Shown: one piece after another, positions 9,238 to 19,380 of the stretch
How positions within the stretch are numbered: position 1 is the first letter of the stretch
How the letters are laid out: each line of letters begins with the position of its first letter
Origin: an uncultured virus (IMG/VR IMGVR_UViG_3300027985_001212)
Taxonomy: Duplodnaviria; Heunggongvirae; Uroviricota; Caudoviricetes
Length of the DNA stretch: 64,000 bases
Reading direction: 5' to 3' (one strand)
Virus record (IMG/VR): IMGVR_UViG_3300027985_001212
Made by a program: the position numbers and the translations under genes
The notes under the pieces: generated by a model
What the model saw: only the letters and a program-made list of their open reading frames with translations
Databases searched by the model: none
Told to the model about the DNA's origin: nothing

Positions 9238-9753
9238 ATGCGCCACCTTGTAATGCAGACCGTGCCCGACTATCCCTTTATCACTCGGATCCGTGTGGAC
9301 GCCAGCGAATTGGCCTCACTACCCCTTAATGATAATACCGCCTTTGCGATCACCGAGTACGCCTTAAATCAGTTTATCATCCCGTTCTGTGAGTTAGAGT
9401 GGGAAGAAGCTCACCCCTTACCTGCCGAGGGGGGTATAGCGCAAACGCCGGATACCAACGTCCAATACTATCTGGACAATGTCGTGGACTACTTCCCCCA
9501 GTTGAACACAACCCTAAGTCGTTTTGATGTGCTGCTGTGCCGTGCTTGGTGGAAAGCGGTTCGGTTGTTGATCGACCGGTTGATCCCCTACTGGACCGCC
9601 CTGCACAACCAACAGATTGCGTTCAATACGCACGCTATCACCTTTAACCTTATTCGCTTAGGATTTGGGGCTCCGCGCATGGCACCCCATGCCATCGTGG
9701 CGATCGCGACCGACCGAGCGATACTCAATAGTCAGATGTTACCTAATCCTTAA
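9238..9753 (+). CDS. Hypothetical protein
   Basis: 171 aa, GGAG RBS. Confidence 0.6.
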   Translation: MRHLVMQTVPDYPFITRIRVDASELASLPLNDNTAFAITEYALNQFIIPFCELEWEEAHPLPAEGGIAQTPDTNVQYYLDNVVDYFPQLNTTLSRFDVLLCRAWWKAVRLLIDRLIPYWTALHNQQIAFNTHAITFNLIRLGFGAPRMAPHAIVAIATDRAILNSQMLPNP

Positions 9754-9781
9754 TCCAGTGTTGCTGCAGGAGAGTATTCCC

Positions 9782-10147
9782 ATGTCCTTCGAATTTCATG
9801 AAATACGCTTACCCTCCCACATTCGGTTGGAGGTGAATCCCCAGATGGATCAGTACCTCAAGTATTTGATGACGATCCCGCACTACGAATTTAGTATCGA
9901 CGAGGTGGTCATTGGGCTTATCTATCAACTGGCTCGCATGCAAGACCCTGGGCCCCACTTGCCCTATCAGCCGATTACCCACCCCAACCGACCGGGTCAA
10001 CCGGTAATCGAGGAACAGCGACTTTTACGTCGAATGTTTATGGCATTATGTGACATGGGTCTCTTACCGGAATCTATTGAGCGATATCAGTATGAAAACT
10101 ACCGCAACGGTGTCCTCACACTCCAACGTATACCACTGTCTCATTAA
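9782..10147 (+). CDS. Hypothetical protein
   Basis: AGGAG RBS before ATG 9782 (start shortened from the track's 9665). Confidence 0.6.
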   Translation: MSFEFHEIRLPSHIRLEVNPQMDQYLKYLMTIPHYEFSIDEVVIGLIYQLARMQDPGPHLPYQPITHPNRPGQPVIEEQRLLRRMFMALCDMGLLPESIERYQYENYRNGVLTLQRIPLSH

Positions 10148-10460
10148 ACTCGAAGAAGAGGATTGGGTCATTACCGAACTACAGCGGATCACCGACCCGG
10201 ACGCCGCATGTGTGAGTTTAACAACACGGCAATTGTTCAATGAACTGATCGAGTTCATTCTAGGGGGGTATTGTAGCAGCGGGGTTGAAAGCGTCTTGGA
10301 GGATGTCCGTTTTACGGCCACCGTCGGCTACCTGACACAGCTACTGCATCAGGTCAAGGGCGCGCTGCCCTGTAACCCGTTTCTTCCGCACCACACCCCC
10401 CAATTGGTGGATATGTCACCCCTGGGGTCGGCTAATAATTGGATGTTAACGCTTAAATAA
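10050..10460 (+). CDS. Hypothetical protein
   Basis: ORF fills the gap before 10475; true start uncertain, overlaps upstream gene. Confidence 0.4.
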   Translation: MTWVSYRNLLSDISMKTTATVSSHSNVYHCLIKLEEEDWVITELQRITDPDAACVSLTTRQLFNELIEFILGGYCSSGVESVLEDVRFTATVGYLTQLLHQVKGALPCNPFLPHHTPQLVDMSPLGSANNWMLTLK

Positions 10461-10474
10461 CGAGGAGCCAGCTT

Positions 10475-10903
10475 GTGGCCGAAATCAACAGTTCACTCAC
10501 GAATATTCCGCTTACCTTCGAGGTGTATCCGGCCGCGCTGCTGGGTGCAAAGTTCACGAACTTTACGATTACCAGTATTCTCAGCGCGGTCGATGCGGCT
10601 GAGTTTGAAGACATCGCGGTGCTGCACAAGCAGGTCTATCCGTATCTGCCTGAAGGTACCGTTGAAAACAACTATCGCGCGTACCAATATGTCCGTGGTG
10701 TGACCCAGGATGGGACCCGACGTATCCTGGGCATCCCGTGGATAAAAGCTGACAGCATCATCCCCAGCGGCTCGTCATCACTCTTTATTCGCATTGATGG
10801 GGTGGTGCCGAATGCTGAGACGATCGCTAATGCGAAACGCGGGCTCTATAGTTTCGCCTTCACACAGATCACCGCTAGCAGCGAACCGCTGGGGTTACCG
10901 TAA
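10475..10903 (+). CDS. Conserved jumbo-phage protein (phiKZ gp49-like)
   Basis: GAGGAG RBS; motifs FEVYPAALLG, HKQVYPYLP and GIPWI recalled from the protein upstream of the polymerase in phiKZ-like phages. Confidence 0.6.
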   Translation: MAEINSSLTNIPLTFEVYPAALLGAKFTNFTITSILSAVDAAEFEDIAVLHKQVYPYLPEGTVENNYRAYQYVRGVTQDGTRRILGIPWIKADSIIPSGSSSLFIRIDGVVPNAETIANAKRGLYSFAFTQITASSEPLGLP

Positions 10904-10907
10904 CAAC

Positions 10908-10940
10908 GGAGGGGGAAACCCCTCTTTTTTTTTTTTTTTT
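10908..10940 (+). terminator. Intrinsic terminator
   Basis: GGAGGGG-GAAA-CCCCTCT followed by a long T run. Confidence 0.8.
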
Positions 10941-11003
10941 CATATTTCCCAACACGATAGTCGTATCCTGTACCGATGACAACCCGCAAGAAAGGACGCT
11001 ACT

Positions 11004-13241
11004 ATGTCCACACCCGATCTTGACAACCCTTTCATTAAACCCGCCTCCGCCTATACGCGGGACATTAATATCCTGCGTCAGTATATCAATGATGCAACCT
11101 GGTTTTTGTATAAAAATACAAAAAAACCCATGGCGGAATGTGAGGCGTTTGTTCTCCAACAAATCGCCCCAGACGGCCCAACTCCGATGACCGATCCGAA
11201 AGTCTACGTGTTGGAAAAAGACGATACCCTCGACCGCCACCGTACGTCCTCCACCTTTTTAAAACACCTGCACACGGCGGTACAGGAAAAGGCGATTATG
11301 TCGCCCACGTTAGCCCAGTACGATAACCCTATCATTCACGGCCGCTCCCCCCTGGCGACGCTGACCATTAATAATATCAAAGCACGTAAAGTGATTAAGA
11401 AGGAGATGTTCGCCGCGCAGTCGGCAGGCGATAAAGTTTTAGAGGGCATTAAAAATAACCAACAGACATCCGTTAAGTTGGAAAACAACTCGATGTCGGG
11501 CGCCTTTGCCTCACCCTACAACCCTATCTACTTGAAGTCAGGCCACAGCACACTAACCTCTATCTGCCGTTGTGCCAGTGGATACGGTAACTCGAATAAC
11601 GAACGCCTGCTCTCAGGTAACCGGCATTACTGGTGTTACGATGTTACCATCGCCAATATCGTTTCCGTCATTCAGTTATCGGATTTGACGAAAGTAGCTA
11701 CCACGATGGCGATGTATGACCTACGGGCCCCCACGTACGATGAAACACTGACGGCGATTAAACGCTCCACTGACCGGTATTGGTGGGGGGCTGCCCAGTT
11801 TGCCCGACTGGAGTCCTTTCTAAAAACCCTAACCGACCTGGAACGGGCGGCGTTTCTATTCACCGGGGATATGTGGTCATTGGCGCAAGTCAACCCTACG
11901 TTTGTCCGAACCTTTATTGCCGAGATGGGGGCGATCGAGGTGCCGCTGGTCGATAACCCTAAAGCCTGGATGGATCACTGTGGTGGGGATCTGGTCGGCT
12001 TAGCGATGTTGCTTAATGAAGCCCGTGTTGATGGGCGTGGTCTGGACGAGATTACCGAAAACGATCCCGACACCTATTGTCAGATCGCCAGTACCGCAAA
12101 GCACGTGTTGGTCGTAATGAATCAGTATCGTTACCTGATCGAAACGTTCTGGACAACCCCGGCCATGCCGCCGTCCCTGGCACGCTTTCCTGACTCTATT
12201 CGTGTGGCAGCAATCACCTCGGACACCGATTCCACCATCTATACTGTCCAGGATTGGGTAGAGTGGTATACCGGCTCTCTGGCCTATACCGCCACTGCGC
12301 GGATGGTGTGGTACGTTACTGTGTGCATTAGCTCGCTGGCTATTATAGATGTGCTGGCACGGTGTTGTAAGCACATGGGGGTGGTCGATGAGGACCTGTC
12401 TCGGCTGTCCATGAAAAATGAGTTTGGTTTTCCCGTCTTTATTCCAACGTCTCGCGCTAAACACTACTATGCCCTGCAGTCCTACCGTGAAGGTAACGTG
12501 TTTAAGACCCCTAAGTTGGAACGTAAGGGGGTAGGGTTACGGGATTCCACACAGCCTATCGTGTTGATGGATAACGTAAAGAAACTGATCCTGTATATTC
12601 TCAATGAAACATTAGAGGGTCGTCTGCTCTCCATGGAGCGCATTATTGGACATGTCTCCTATGTGGAAAACATGATTCGTCAGACGTTATTAGACGGTAA
12701 ACCGGAATTTTTACGGTCGGGTAACATCAAGGAGAAGGCCGCGTATAAACAGGAAAACAGTAAGTTTCTGTTTTATGAGATGTGGGAAGCCGTCTTTAGC
12801 GAGAAGTACGGTAAGACAGAAGAACCCCCGTACCCTACGTATCAAGTGGGGTTGGATACGGCCAAAGCGGCACAGCTCAAAGCCTTCTTCGCCCACGGTA
12901 AAGAGGTCGAGATCATTGAGAAGTTGAAGCAGTGGTTTGAAGTCTCCGGCAAGAAGTCACTCACGACGCTGGAGTTGCCCAAAGCGGTTATTGACAGCGT
13001 CGGTGTTCCAGCGGAATTGATCCCCCACATTAACATCCGCCAGCTGATCGCCAACAACTGCTATGCGTATTATCTACTGCTGGAATCCCTTAGCTACCCG
13101 ATGAGTACGAAGAATAACGCCCGTCAGTTTGGTGACTTCTACGCCCCGGTGGAGTTAAAGGACATCCCGCTGTACGATGAGATCTATCACAACGATGTGG
13201 ATGAAGACGCCAGTGATGATGAAGACGATGATGATGAGTAA
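11004..13241 (+). CDS. Family B DNA polymerase, catalytic palm/thumb subunit (phiKZ gp50-like)
   Basis: Motif B KLENNSMSGA, motif C TSDTDSTI, KHYYA and KGV; no exonuclease domain or motif A; acidic C-terminal tail. Confidence 0.88.
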   Translation: MSTPDLDNPFIKPASAYTRDINILRQYINDATWFLYKNTKKPMAECEAFVLQQIAPDGPTPMTDPKVYVLEKDDTLDRHRTSSTFLKHLHTAVQEKAIMSPTLAQYDNPIIHGRSPLATLTINNIKARKVIKKEMFAAQSAGDKVLEGIKNNQQTSVKLENNSMSGAFASPYNPIYLKSGHSTLTSICRCASGYGNSNNERLLSGNRHYWCYDVTIANIVSVIQLSDLTKVATTMAMYDLRAPTYDETLTAIKRSTDRYWWGAAQFARLESFLKTLTDLERAAFLFTGDMWSLAQVNPTFVRTFIAEMGAIEVPLVDNPKAWMDHCGGDLVGLAMLLNEARVDGRGLDEITENDPDTYCQIASTAKHVLVVMNQYRYLIETFWTTPAMPPSLARFPDSIRVAAITSDTDSTIYTVQDWVEWYTGSLAYTATARMVWYVTVCISSLAIIDVLARCCKHMGVVDEDLSRLSMKNEFGFPVFIPTSRAKHYYALQSYREGNVFKTPKLERKGVGLRDSTQPIVLMDNVKKLILYILNETLEGRLLSMERIIGHVSYVENMIRQTLLDGKPEFLRSGNIKEKAAYKQENSKFLFYEMWEAVFSEKYGKTEEPPYPTYQVGLDTAKAAQLKAFFAHGKEVEIIEKLKQWFEVSGKKSLTTLELPKAVIDSVGVPAELIPHINIRQLIANNCYAYYLLLESLSYPMSTKNNARQFGDFYAPVELKDIPLYDEIYHNDVDEDASDDEDDDDE

Positions 13242-13246
13242 GTAAG

Positions 13247-13281
13247 CGGCATAGAAGAGAGTCCCACGGGACTCTTTTCTA
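13247..13281 (-). terminator. Hairpin terminator between convergent genes, TATGCCG tail on minus strand
   Basis: TAGAAGAGAGTCCC / GGGACTCTTTTCTA stem; CGGCATA at 13247-13253. Confidence 0.7.
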
Positions 13282-14382
13282 CTATTGTGGTTTACGACTG
13301 TGATCATATCGAGATAAAACCCATTCCCCCCAATCCGGATCGATCCGAATATAGGTGCGTGTACTGCGTACTCGACGAAAGGCCTGGTCTGCCCGAATAT
13401 CGTCCGCGGTATTGCGGGTGCTTTTACGCCGTCGACTATACTGCCGTAACTGAACCAAGGTTTCGAGCCGACTGACCGCTAATGCCCAGCTCACCTGTTG
13501 AATCGCTGGCCATGACGGTAAAGCAAGCCGAGCATAAATAGACAGCCCCGATGGAAGGGTCAAGTTGGTCAGCAGTGCCTCCCAGGTCTCAGTCTTCTGG
13601 TTGGAGCGCGTCGTTAATACCCGCAGCCCCCGATCAATAGGGAGATGATAATCGCCAATAAACCCCGGGATATCACGGGTATCATTATCCTCTTCCAGGG
13701 TCCCGTCATTTAACAGCGCAAAATAGCGATTCCGGATGACGATATCCAGATGACTGATCAACGCATTGGCGAGAGGATACTGATAGAGAAAAACTTCTAA
13801 GGGTGCATGGTAGTCATCGCCATAGATAATCCAGTTGTTACGAACCCATTGATAGTACTGTAAGGCCAGCATCGGCGCATTAATACGCAAGGTAGCCGTG
13901 CCACGTACATTGCCGCGGTCATCCCCTATCAGCGCATCCAAGGATAGAGAGGTATACGGATGATCAACCACGGTAATGGGCTGTAAGTCACGCCATTGGG
14001 CAATCCATCCCGTTAGGTCCGTCGGATAATCAGTTTCAACCAACACGGCTTCCACCACATCCCCTCCGTAGAGTAAATGCTGCCAGTCACCCAGTGAGGT
14101 CAGTGCCGTAAAATTTAAGGCACGGGTAATGCGGTCCGCCCGGAGCGCCGCGACATCGACATAATTCTCTACGTCACTGGATATTGATGTAGAGAGAACA
14201 AACAAAAAACGACTCAAAGGATGCGTGGAGGCGACCCGACGATCACTGTAGTGTCGAAATTTAAGTGCCGCGTTACACGACTCCAATAGCTTTTTATAGG
14301 GGTAACGCAACGCGGGGTGTAGCTCATTCACGGCGAGTTGGGTGTCATCCACCACAACAGGGGTTGTAAATAAATTATACAT
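13282..14382 (-). CDS. Conserved protein (phiKZ gp52-like)
   Basis: Likely start MYNLF at 14382 with GGAG RBS; antisense gene between polymerase and chimallin, as in phiKZ-like phages. Confidence 0.6.
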   Translation of the reverse strand: MYNLFTTPVVVDDTQLAVNELHPALRYPYKKLLESCNAALKFRHYSDRRVASTHPLSRFLFVLSTSISSDVENYVDVAALRADRITRALNFTALTSLGDWQHLLYGGDVVEAVLVETDYPTDLTGWIAQWRDLQPITVVDHPYTSLSLDALIGDDRGNVRGTATLRINAPMLALQYYQWVRNNWIIYGDDYHAPLEVFLYQYPLANALISHLDIVIRNRYFALLNDGTLEEDNDTRDIPGFIGDYHLPIDRGLRVLTTRSNQKTETWEALLTNLTLPSGLSIYARLALPSWPAIQQVSWALAVSRLETLVQLRQYSRRRKSTRNTADDIRADQAFRRVRSTRTYIRIDPDWGEWVLSRYDHSRKPQ

Positions 14383-14512
14383 AACTCCACCCAGAAAAAG
14401 GAAAGCGTAAAAAAATACCATAGTGACCCTATAGTATAGACGGACCTCCGTCGTGGGCTCACGCCCCACCAAGGCGCTATATTCAAAAATTGTATTTGGT
14501 ATAGATTCAAAG

Positions 14513-14532
14513 AAATTTGGATGCTATATTAC
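14513..14532 (+). promoter_or_regulatory. Putative early promoter of chimallin
   Basis: AAATTTGG-ATGC-TATATTAC; exact core at 14525-14532. Confidence 0.7.
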
Positions 14533-14601
14533 TAACTTGATCGATGTCGGTAAACCCAACCAATTCGATCTACTTTCGAAAGTGTAAACAGGGAGGCCAA
14601 G

Positions 14602-16581
14602 ATGCCTATTCTTTCTGATGAAACTGAACAGCCTAACGTAGACCCCATCAACCCGGAGACGCAACCGAAGAACGGCATGGGCGGTGCCAGCGCTGACGTA
14701 CCGTTTACCACACAGCCGTTCACCGATACGCTGGCCGATCAGTTGAGCGCCGCTTACGGCAGCCGTGGCCTGGTCGCTCGCCACAACACGGCAAGCATCG
14801 GCCAGTACATGGAACTGTTCGAACGCGAGATCAAAGCTATTCAGCTGACCGACCGTTCCAAGCAACTCAGCTTGGTGATGATGGATTCTGCGGTCTATCG
14901 TACGCACGCCTCCGCCATCATCCTGATCTCCCGCGAAACTCATAGCGGCCGCAACATCAGTGCCGTTCACGTGTTCCTGCTGGAAGCCACCCGCGTCGAA
15001 GAACTGCCGGCACGGCCGCTGCAGAATGCCTATATCGGGCAGACCCAGCTGAAACTGCCGTACACGACCTCCGACGTCATGACTACCAAGTACTTCCGGC
15101 AGCAGCTGCGCGAATGCCTGCAGAACGCCACCGGCGGCATCAACCGCGAAGAAAACGATCAGATCATCGACGCCGGCAAAGTCGTGATCGCCGCCAACCT
15201 GACCCCGTGTCCGGAAAATGAAGCACGACTGAAGAACATCCTGTTCTCCGGTGCCCTGGCGACGGCACATGCGATCCTGCGGGCAACCAACCGCATGCCG
15301 CATATCGCCCTGACCAGTGATGCCCTGAAACGCATCCCGCTGAAAGTTGAACCGTCCTACTCCCGCACCCAGCTGCTCGGTGCCAACGGCCTGCCGGTAC
15401 GTTCCGACGTACAGGTCTCGCTGGTACAGCGCATCAAGGATGCGGATCGCCTGGAAGGTCCGTCTGTCGGTGAAAGTATCCTGACCGTATCCGGTTTTGT
15501 CGACCAGGTCTACTACGGCAAAGATACACCGCAGCAGCCCTACGGCTACTACAACAACATGCCGCAGGATATGCGGGTCTTCCTGCCGCGTTTCGTCATG
15601 ACCGCAACCGACACCTACCTGCCGGCTAACGGCCCGGCCTTCACCCTGTTGGGGATGGCAGTGGCGACGGTACTGCAGTATCCGAACCAGATGAACCCGT
15701 ACTGGGCCCGTACCTTCACACCGGACCTGACCAAGAAGGGGAAAAAGAAAGACCTGCACGATATCGGTGTCCTGGGCTACGACCTGAACTTCGGTAACGA
15801 TCCGGCGCAGCGCACCGGTGAATATATCGATACCAAGTCTGGTGAGTACAACGAAGAAGCGCTGGTATCCTTCATCGGCAAAACCCACTACATGGACCGG
15901 ATGACCTACGCGATCGATGTCGATCCGTCACAGCCGGGTGGTTGGGCCACCGAGATGTTCCTGCGTGCTGCGACGGGCGACAAAGAAGTCAACCGTGAAC
16001 TGATGGATGCGATGAACAAGATGACCGGCGGTGCGTTCGGTGAAATCATGTCACGTGCACACGGTGCCGGTTGGATGGAAATGCCGGTGGTGACCTTCAA
16101 CCAGGAAGTGATCATGGGGGGCTACTACATCGATGATGACGGCCTGATGCAGGATATCCGTAACTACGACTACGTCGCCCTGCTCAACGAACTGATGCCC
16201 GATCGCACGATGGTCAATGAGATCATCGGTACCATGTACAACCGACAGGCCAGCGAAGACATTCGCCTCGCCAACCGTCACCGGCTGTTCACCGAAATGT
16301 TGCACAGCTTCAAGCTGACGAACTGGTTCTATCGACTGAACTTCTCTGACGTCGTCATGGATGCCTTCACGGCCGCCTGGCAGAAATGCAAGACGTTCCC
16401 GTCCACCGATCTCATGTCGAACTTCGTCCAGACCGGTCACGTCGACGTCAGCACGTTCTTCAACCAGGGCTACGCCGGCCAGAACGTGGGTGGCTTTGCC
16501 AATCAGTCTTACATCGTCACGCCGACTGCGGGCACGCAGTTCACTGGCCACAACACCGGTTTCGGTGCCAAACTCTTCTAA
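14602..16581 (+). CDS. chmA: Chimallin, major phage nucleus shell protein (phiKZ gp54-like)
   Basis: 659 aa, immediately upstream of the nvRNAP beta' gene and near the polymerase (conserved chmA position); own early promoter and terminator; strong highly-expressed codon bias; low-complexity termini. Assigned mainly by synteny and size. Confidence 0.75.
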   Translation: MPILSDETEQPNVDPINPETQPKNGMGGASADVPFTTQPFTDTLADQLSAAYGSRGLVARHNTASIGQYMELFEREIKAIQLTDRSKQLSLVMMDSAVYRTHASAIILISRETHSGRNISAVHVFLLEATRVEELPARPLQNAYIGQTQLKLPYTTSDVMTTKYFRQQLRECLQNATGGINREENDQIIDAGKVVIAANLTPCPENEARLKNILFSGALATAHAILRATNRMPHIALTSDALKRIPLKVEPSYSRTQLLGANGLPVRSDVQVSLVQRIKDADRLEGPSVGESILTVSGFVDQVYYGKDTPQQPYGYYNNMPQDMRVFLPRFVMTATDTYLPANGPAFTLLGMAVATVLQYPNQMNPYWARTFTPDLTKKGKKKDLHDIGVLGYDLNFGNDPAQRTGEYIDTKSGEYNEEALVSFIGKTHYMDRMTYAIDVDPSQPGGWATEMFLRAATGDKEVNRELMDAMNKMTGGAFGEIMSRAHGAGWMEMPVVTFNQEVIMGGYYIDDDGLMQDIRNYDYVALLNELMPDRTMVNEIIGTMYNRQASEDIRLANRHRLFTEMLHSFKLTNWFYRLNFSDVVMDAFTAAWQKCKTFPSTDLMSNFVQTGHVDVSTFFNQGYAGQNVGGFANQSYIVTPTAGTQFTGHNTGFGAKLF

Positions 16582-16602
16582 CAGGCGACTGTCAGAAGCA
16601 TC

Positions 16603-16631
16603 GAGGAGGGGGGTTTCCCCCTCCTTTTTTT
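16603..16631 (+). terminator. Intrinsic terminator
   Basis: GAGGAGGGG / CCCCTCCTT stem followed by a T run. Confidence 0.8.
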
Positions 16632-16662
16632 CTCTACACATTCCAAGGGAGCGAGTGTTCTC

Positions 16663-18201
16663 ATGCCTATGATGACGCATACGCCCACGCACGGTACGGA
16701 CGATAGCCAAGAGCATACGGGGTATATCCCGTGGTCAGGGGTCTATCTGGAGCAGGTAGACTTCGATACGATGTTTGCTCAGCTATCCATTGTGCCCGAG
16801 ATCGCTAACTACTACGATGTACAGACCGAGGAAGGTAAACAAAAACTCAATGAGATGATCTTCACGCACTATGAAGGGAACCATCTGTCTATGGTCCCTA
16901 AGTGTAACTGTGGACACCTCAATACGTCCGCTGAAGAATATCAGATTTGTGAGATCTGTGGCCACCAGTGTTTGGTAACGACCGAGAAACCGATCGAATC
17001 CTATCTTTGGATCGAAACCCCACCCGGGGTCAGTGGGTTCGTCGCCCCTAACTTCTGGCACATGTTAAAAACATCGACGGTGGTTAAAGAGCGTGGGCAA
17101 AAACCCTTTGAGCCCATCAAATGGCTAACCGACCCGACTTACCAAGTCCCCAATACGGACAACAAAGCCCTTGAACGCATGTTAGCCGTTGGGTTACCAC
17201 GCGGCCGATACAATGATTTTATTGATCGGTTTGATGACTACTATAAGGCCATGCTAAAGGCCCGTATCGTGGGCACGGCCGCCATCCCCGCGGATGAGCT
17301 TACGGAGTACATCTACCTTAACCGCGATAAACTCTTTCCGCAACACCTCCCACTCCCCTCAGCCCTTAACTTTCCTACGGAGAAGACCGCTAACCGTACG
17401 TACGGCAATATCGCCATGAGCGATATCAACGATGCGGTGCAAACCATCTCATCGATCCACAACAACCAGAAACCTTTGAGCCAAAACAGTATTTTCCATC
17501 GCGTCGCCAAAACGATCGATATGCTGTCCGGCTTCTATGTTAACTGGTGGTCTAAAGACCTTGCTCCGAAACCCGGGGTGGCCCGTAAACACATGTACGG
17601 CAGCCGCCTACATTTCACCTTCCGTGCCGTCATTAGTTCACTCACTGAGCCGCACATGTACAACGAACTGCATCTTCCCTGGACGCTCTCGTTGGAAGTG
17701 TTTTCAGTGCACTTGAAGAACCTGCTGATGCGGCGCTTTGGCTATACCGCAGACCAGTGTCAGGAGCTGCTGATGCGGGGGGCCTATAACCCCACCCCGC
17801 TCTTAAAGCATCTGCTTAATGAGATTATTAGTAGCCACCCTGAAGGTGGCTGGCCGGTACTGTTTTCACGAAATCCCGTCCTGGTACGTGGGTCTGTCGC
17901 GTATCTGATCGTCGCCAAGATTAAAGATAACCCTTCCGACCCGACGATTTCAGTACCGCCCGAGACGTTGTCTGCACCTAATGCTGATTTCGATGGTGAT
18001 CAGATGAACGGTATGATCATTCTGGATCTGTATACCAGCAGTAAACTGCGCGTACTCTCACCGGCGTACTACGTAGCGGATATTGAAACCCCCCGACAGC
18101 TGAGTAACTTTATTCAGCTCCCAGTTCCAACCTGCCAAACTCTGCGTAATTGGGCCCGCCGTAAACCCGGCGAACCCGTGCTCGACTTCTCACCTCGATA
18201 A
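16663..18201 (+). CDS. Non-virion RNA polymerase beta' N-terminal subunit with catalytic loop (phiKZ gp55/56.1-like), uninterrupted
   Basis: Catalytic NADFDGDQ, Zn ribbon CNCG...CEICG, RKHMYGSRLHFTFRAVI and SRNP motifs. Confidence 0.92.
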   Translation: MPMMTHTPTHGTDDSQEHTGYIPWSGVYLEQVDFDTMFAQLSIVPEIANYYDVQTEEGKQKLNEMIFTHYEGNHLSMVPKCNCGHLNTSAEEYQICEICGHQCLVTTEKPIESYLWIETPPGVSGFVAPNFWHMLKTSTVVKERGQKPFEPIKWLTDPTYQVPNTDNKALERMLAVGLPRGRYNDFIDRFDDYYKAMLKARIVGTAAIPADELTEYIYLNRDKLFPQHLPLPSALNFPTEKTANRTYGNIAMSDINDAVQTISSIHNNQKPLSQNSIFHRVAKTIDMLSGFYVNWWSKDLAPKPGVARKHMYGSRLHFTFRAVISSLTEPHMYNELHLPWTLSLEVFSVHLKNLLMRRFGYTADQCQELLMRGAYNPTPLLKHLLNEIISSHPEGGWPVLFSRNPVLVRGSVAYLIVAKIKDNPSDPTISVPPETLSAPNADFDGDQMNGMIILDLYTSSKLRVLSPAYYVADIETPRQLSNFIQLPVPTCQTLRNWARRKPGEPVLDFSPR

Positions 18202-18225
18202 CCCAGCATATAAGGAGAGTCCTCT

Positions 18226-18849
18226 ATGGGTGCCGTCTATGTCGGCGATAATCGCCTATTCAGTGCGCTGGCGCTCGGACGATCGGCCCCGTCCGATACA
18301 ACCTTCTTTCAACAACTCAAGGCCGACGCGGGTCGTCTCAGCGCCGCTGGCCAGCAATGGATTAACAATGCTACCCAGTTCATTCAGCAGAATAGCTACG
18401 TCACCGCCCAGCGCCTGGCGGACTCTATTCGAAGCCGATCGGACACGATGGTGGATGACAACATTATCCGTCCCTTGCTGACCGTTGAACAGCTGCAGCA
18501 TGCATCGGCCGCTATGATTCGCTATGTCATGGCGAACCCGACGATCCGTCAGGAGTATCAGAAACAACGTTGCGATGGGTACAGTCACATCTATCCCGAG
18601 ATGGACCTTAACCCGACGCATATTGGAGATGCCCACTACGAGTATCGGCGTGTCGTGGAAGAGATTGTCCAAGATGATCCTGAAACCGGTGGATGCGTTT
18701 CTTATCACTTTTCAGACGATCTTTATGAAGGCGATCGCCCTCTGACGTTGGATGAAAAACAAAGTATCATGCAGACATGGTTTGTTGCTAACGCTAAACA
18801 TATCCGTGGTCAGCCGGATACCACCGACGTTGAAAATAATACGCTCTAA
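18226..18849 (+). CDS. Conserved Chimalliviridae protein (probably phiKZ gp59-like)
   Basis: AAGGAG RBS; motifs MANP..R..Y..Q.CDGYS and HYEYRRV; position after the RNAP gene. Confidence 0.6.
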   Translation: MGAVYVGDNRLFSALALGRSAPSDTTFFQQLKADAGRLSAAGQQWINNATQFIQQNSYVTAQRLADSIRSRSDTMVDDNIIRPLLTVEQLQHASAAMIRYVMANPTIRQEYQKQRCDGYSHIYPEMDLNPTHIGDAHYEYRRVVEEIVQDDPETGGCVSYHFSDDLYEGDRPLTLDEKQSIMQTWFVANAKHIRGQPDTTDVENNTL

Positions 18850-18884
18850 ATAGCCCATACAGGCTATCTGAGCGGCGATTAGTT

Positions 18885-18916
18885 AAAAGAAGGGGGATAG
18901 TCCCCCTTCTTTTTTT
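18885..18916 (+). terminator. Intrinsic terminator
   Basis: AAAAGAAGGGGGA / TCCCCCTTCTTTT stem followed by a T run. Confidence 0.8.
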
Positions 18917-18936
18917 CTTTCCGTAGAGAGGCCCGT

Positions 18937-19356
18937 ATGTCCGATCCGACCCACTACCCGTTTCCGAGCTTATCTGCCGCCGGGTGGGCTGATGACCCCC
19001 AGACTAAGCTCAGTAAGCTGCTGGCCTTATTTCAGGTATCTGAACACAGTCAGTCCAATTACTTCACTGTTGCCTCGCTGCCGTATTGCATTACGTCTGC
19101 AGGCTCTGATATGAACAAACTCAAAATCCTTGTATCCGCCGCCCTCACCCAGTTGCTTAATTGTGGTTATTTCGACATGACAGCGATCGACGTTCGCGTC
19201 GAAATGCAACGGGATGAAAAGGATAATCCCACTGGGCTGTACAACCTGATTTACGATATCAAAGTCGTACAGGACGATATCACCTACAGCGCCGGGCGTG
19301 TGGTGGAGATGTCAGGTAATGAAATCAGTCAGATAAAAGATCTGATTAACATGTAA
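18937..19356 (+). CDS. Conserved hypothetical protein (phiKZ gp61/62 region)
   Basis: 139 aa, GAGG RBS; PSLSAAGW and SQS motifs. Confidence 0.6.
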   Translation: MSDPTHYPFPSLSAAGWADDPQTKLSKLLALFQVSEHSQSNYFTVASLPYCITSAGSDMNKLKILVSAALTQLLNCGYFDMTAIDVRVEMQRDEKDNPTGLYNLIYDIKVVQDDITYSAGRVVEMSGNEISQIKDLINM

Positions 19357-19380
19357 CTAATCGAAAGAGGCTATCTACCG

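Noticed and set aside
10925..10940. Long poly-T runs (also ~3684-3694 and ~42164-42175) as phase-variation tracts
   Set aside because: All are intergenic and follow hairpins, so they are explained as terminator tails.
14524..15888. 454-aa antisense ORF over the chimallin gene (similar cases at 16051-16716, 19375-19983, 47221-47829)
   Set aside because: Typical shadow ORFs caused by strong codon bias on the sense strand; no RBS or protein-like motifs.
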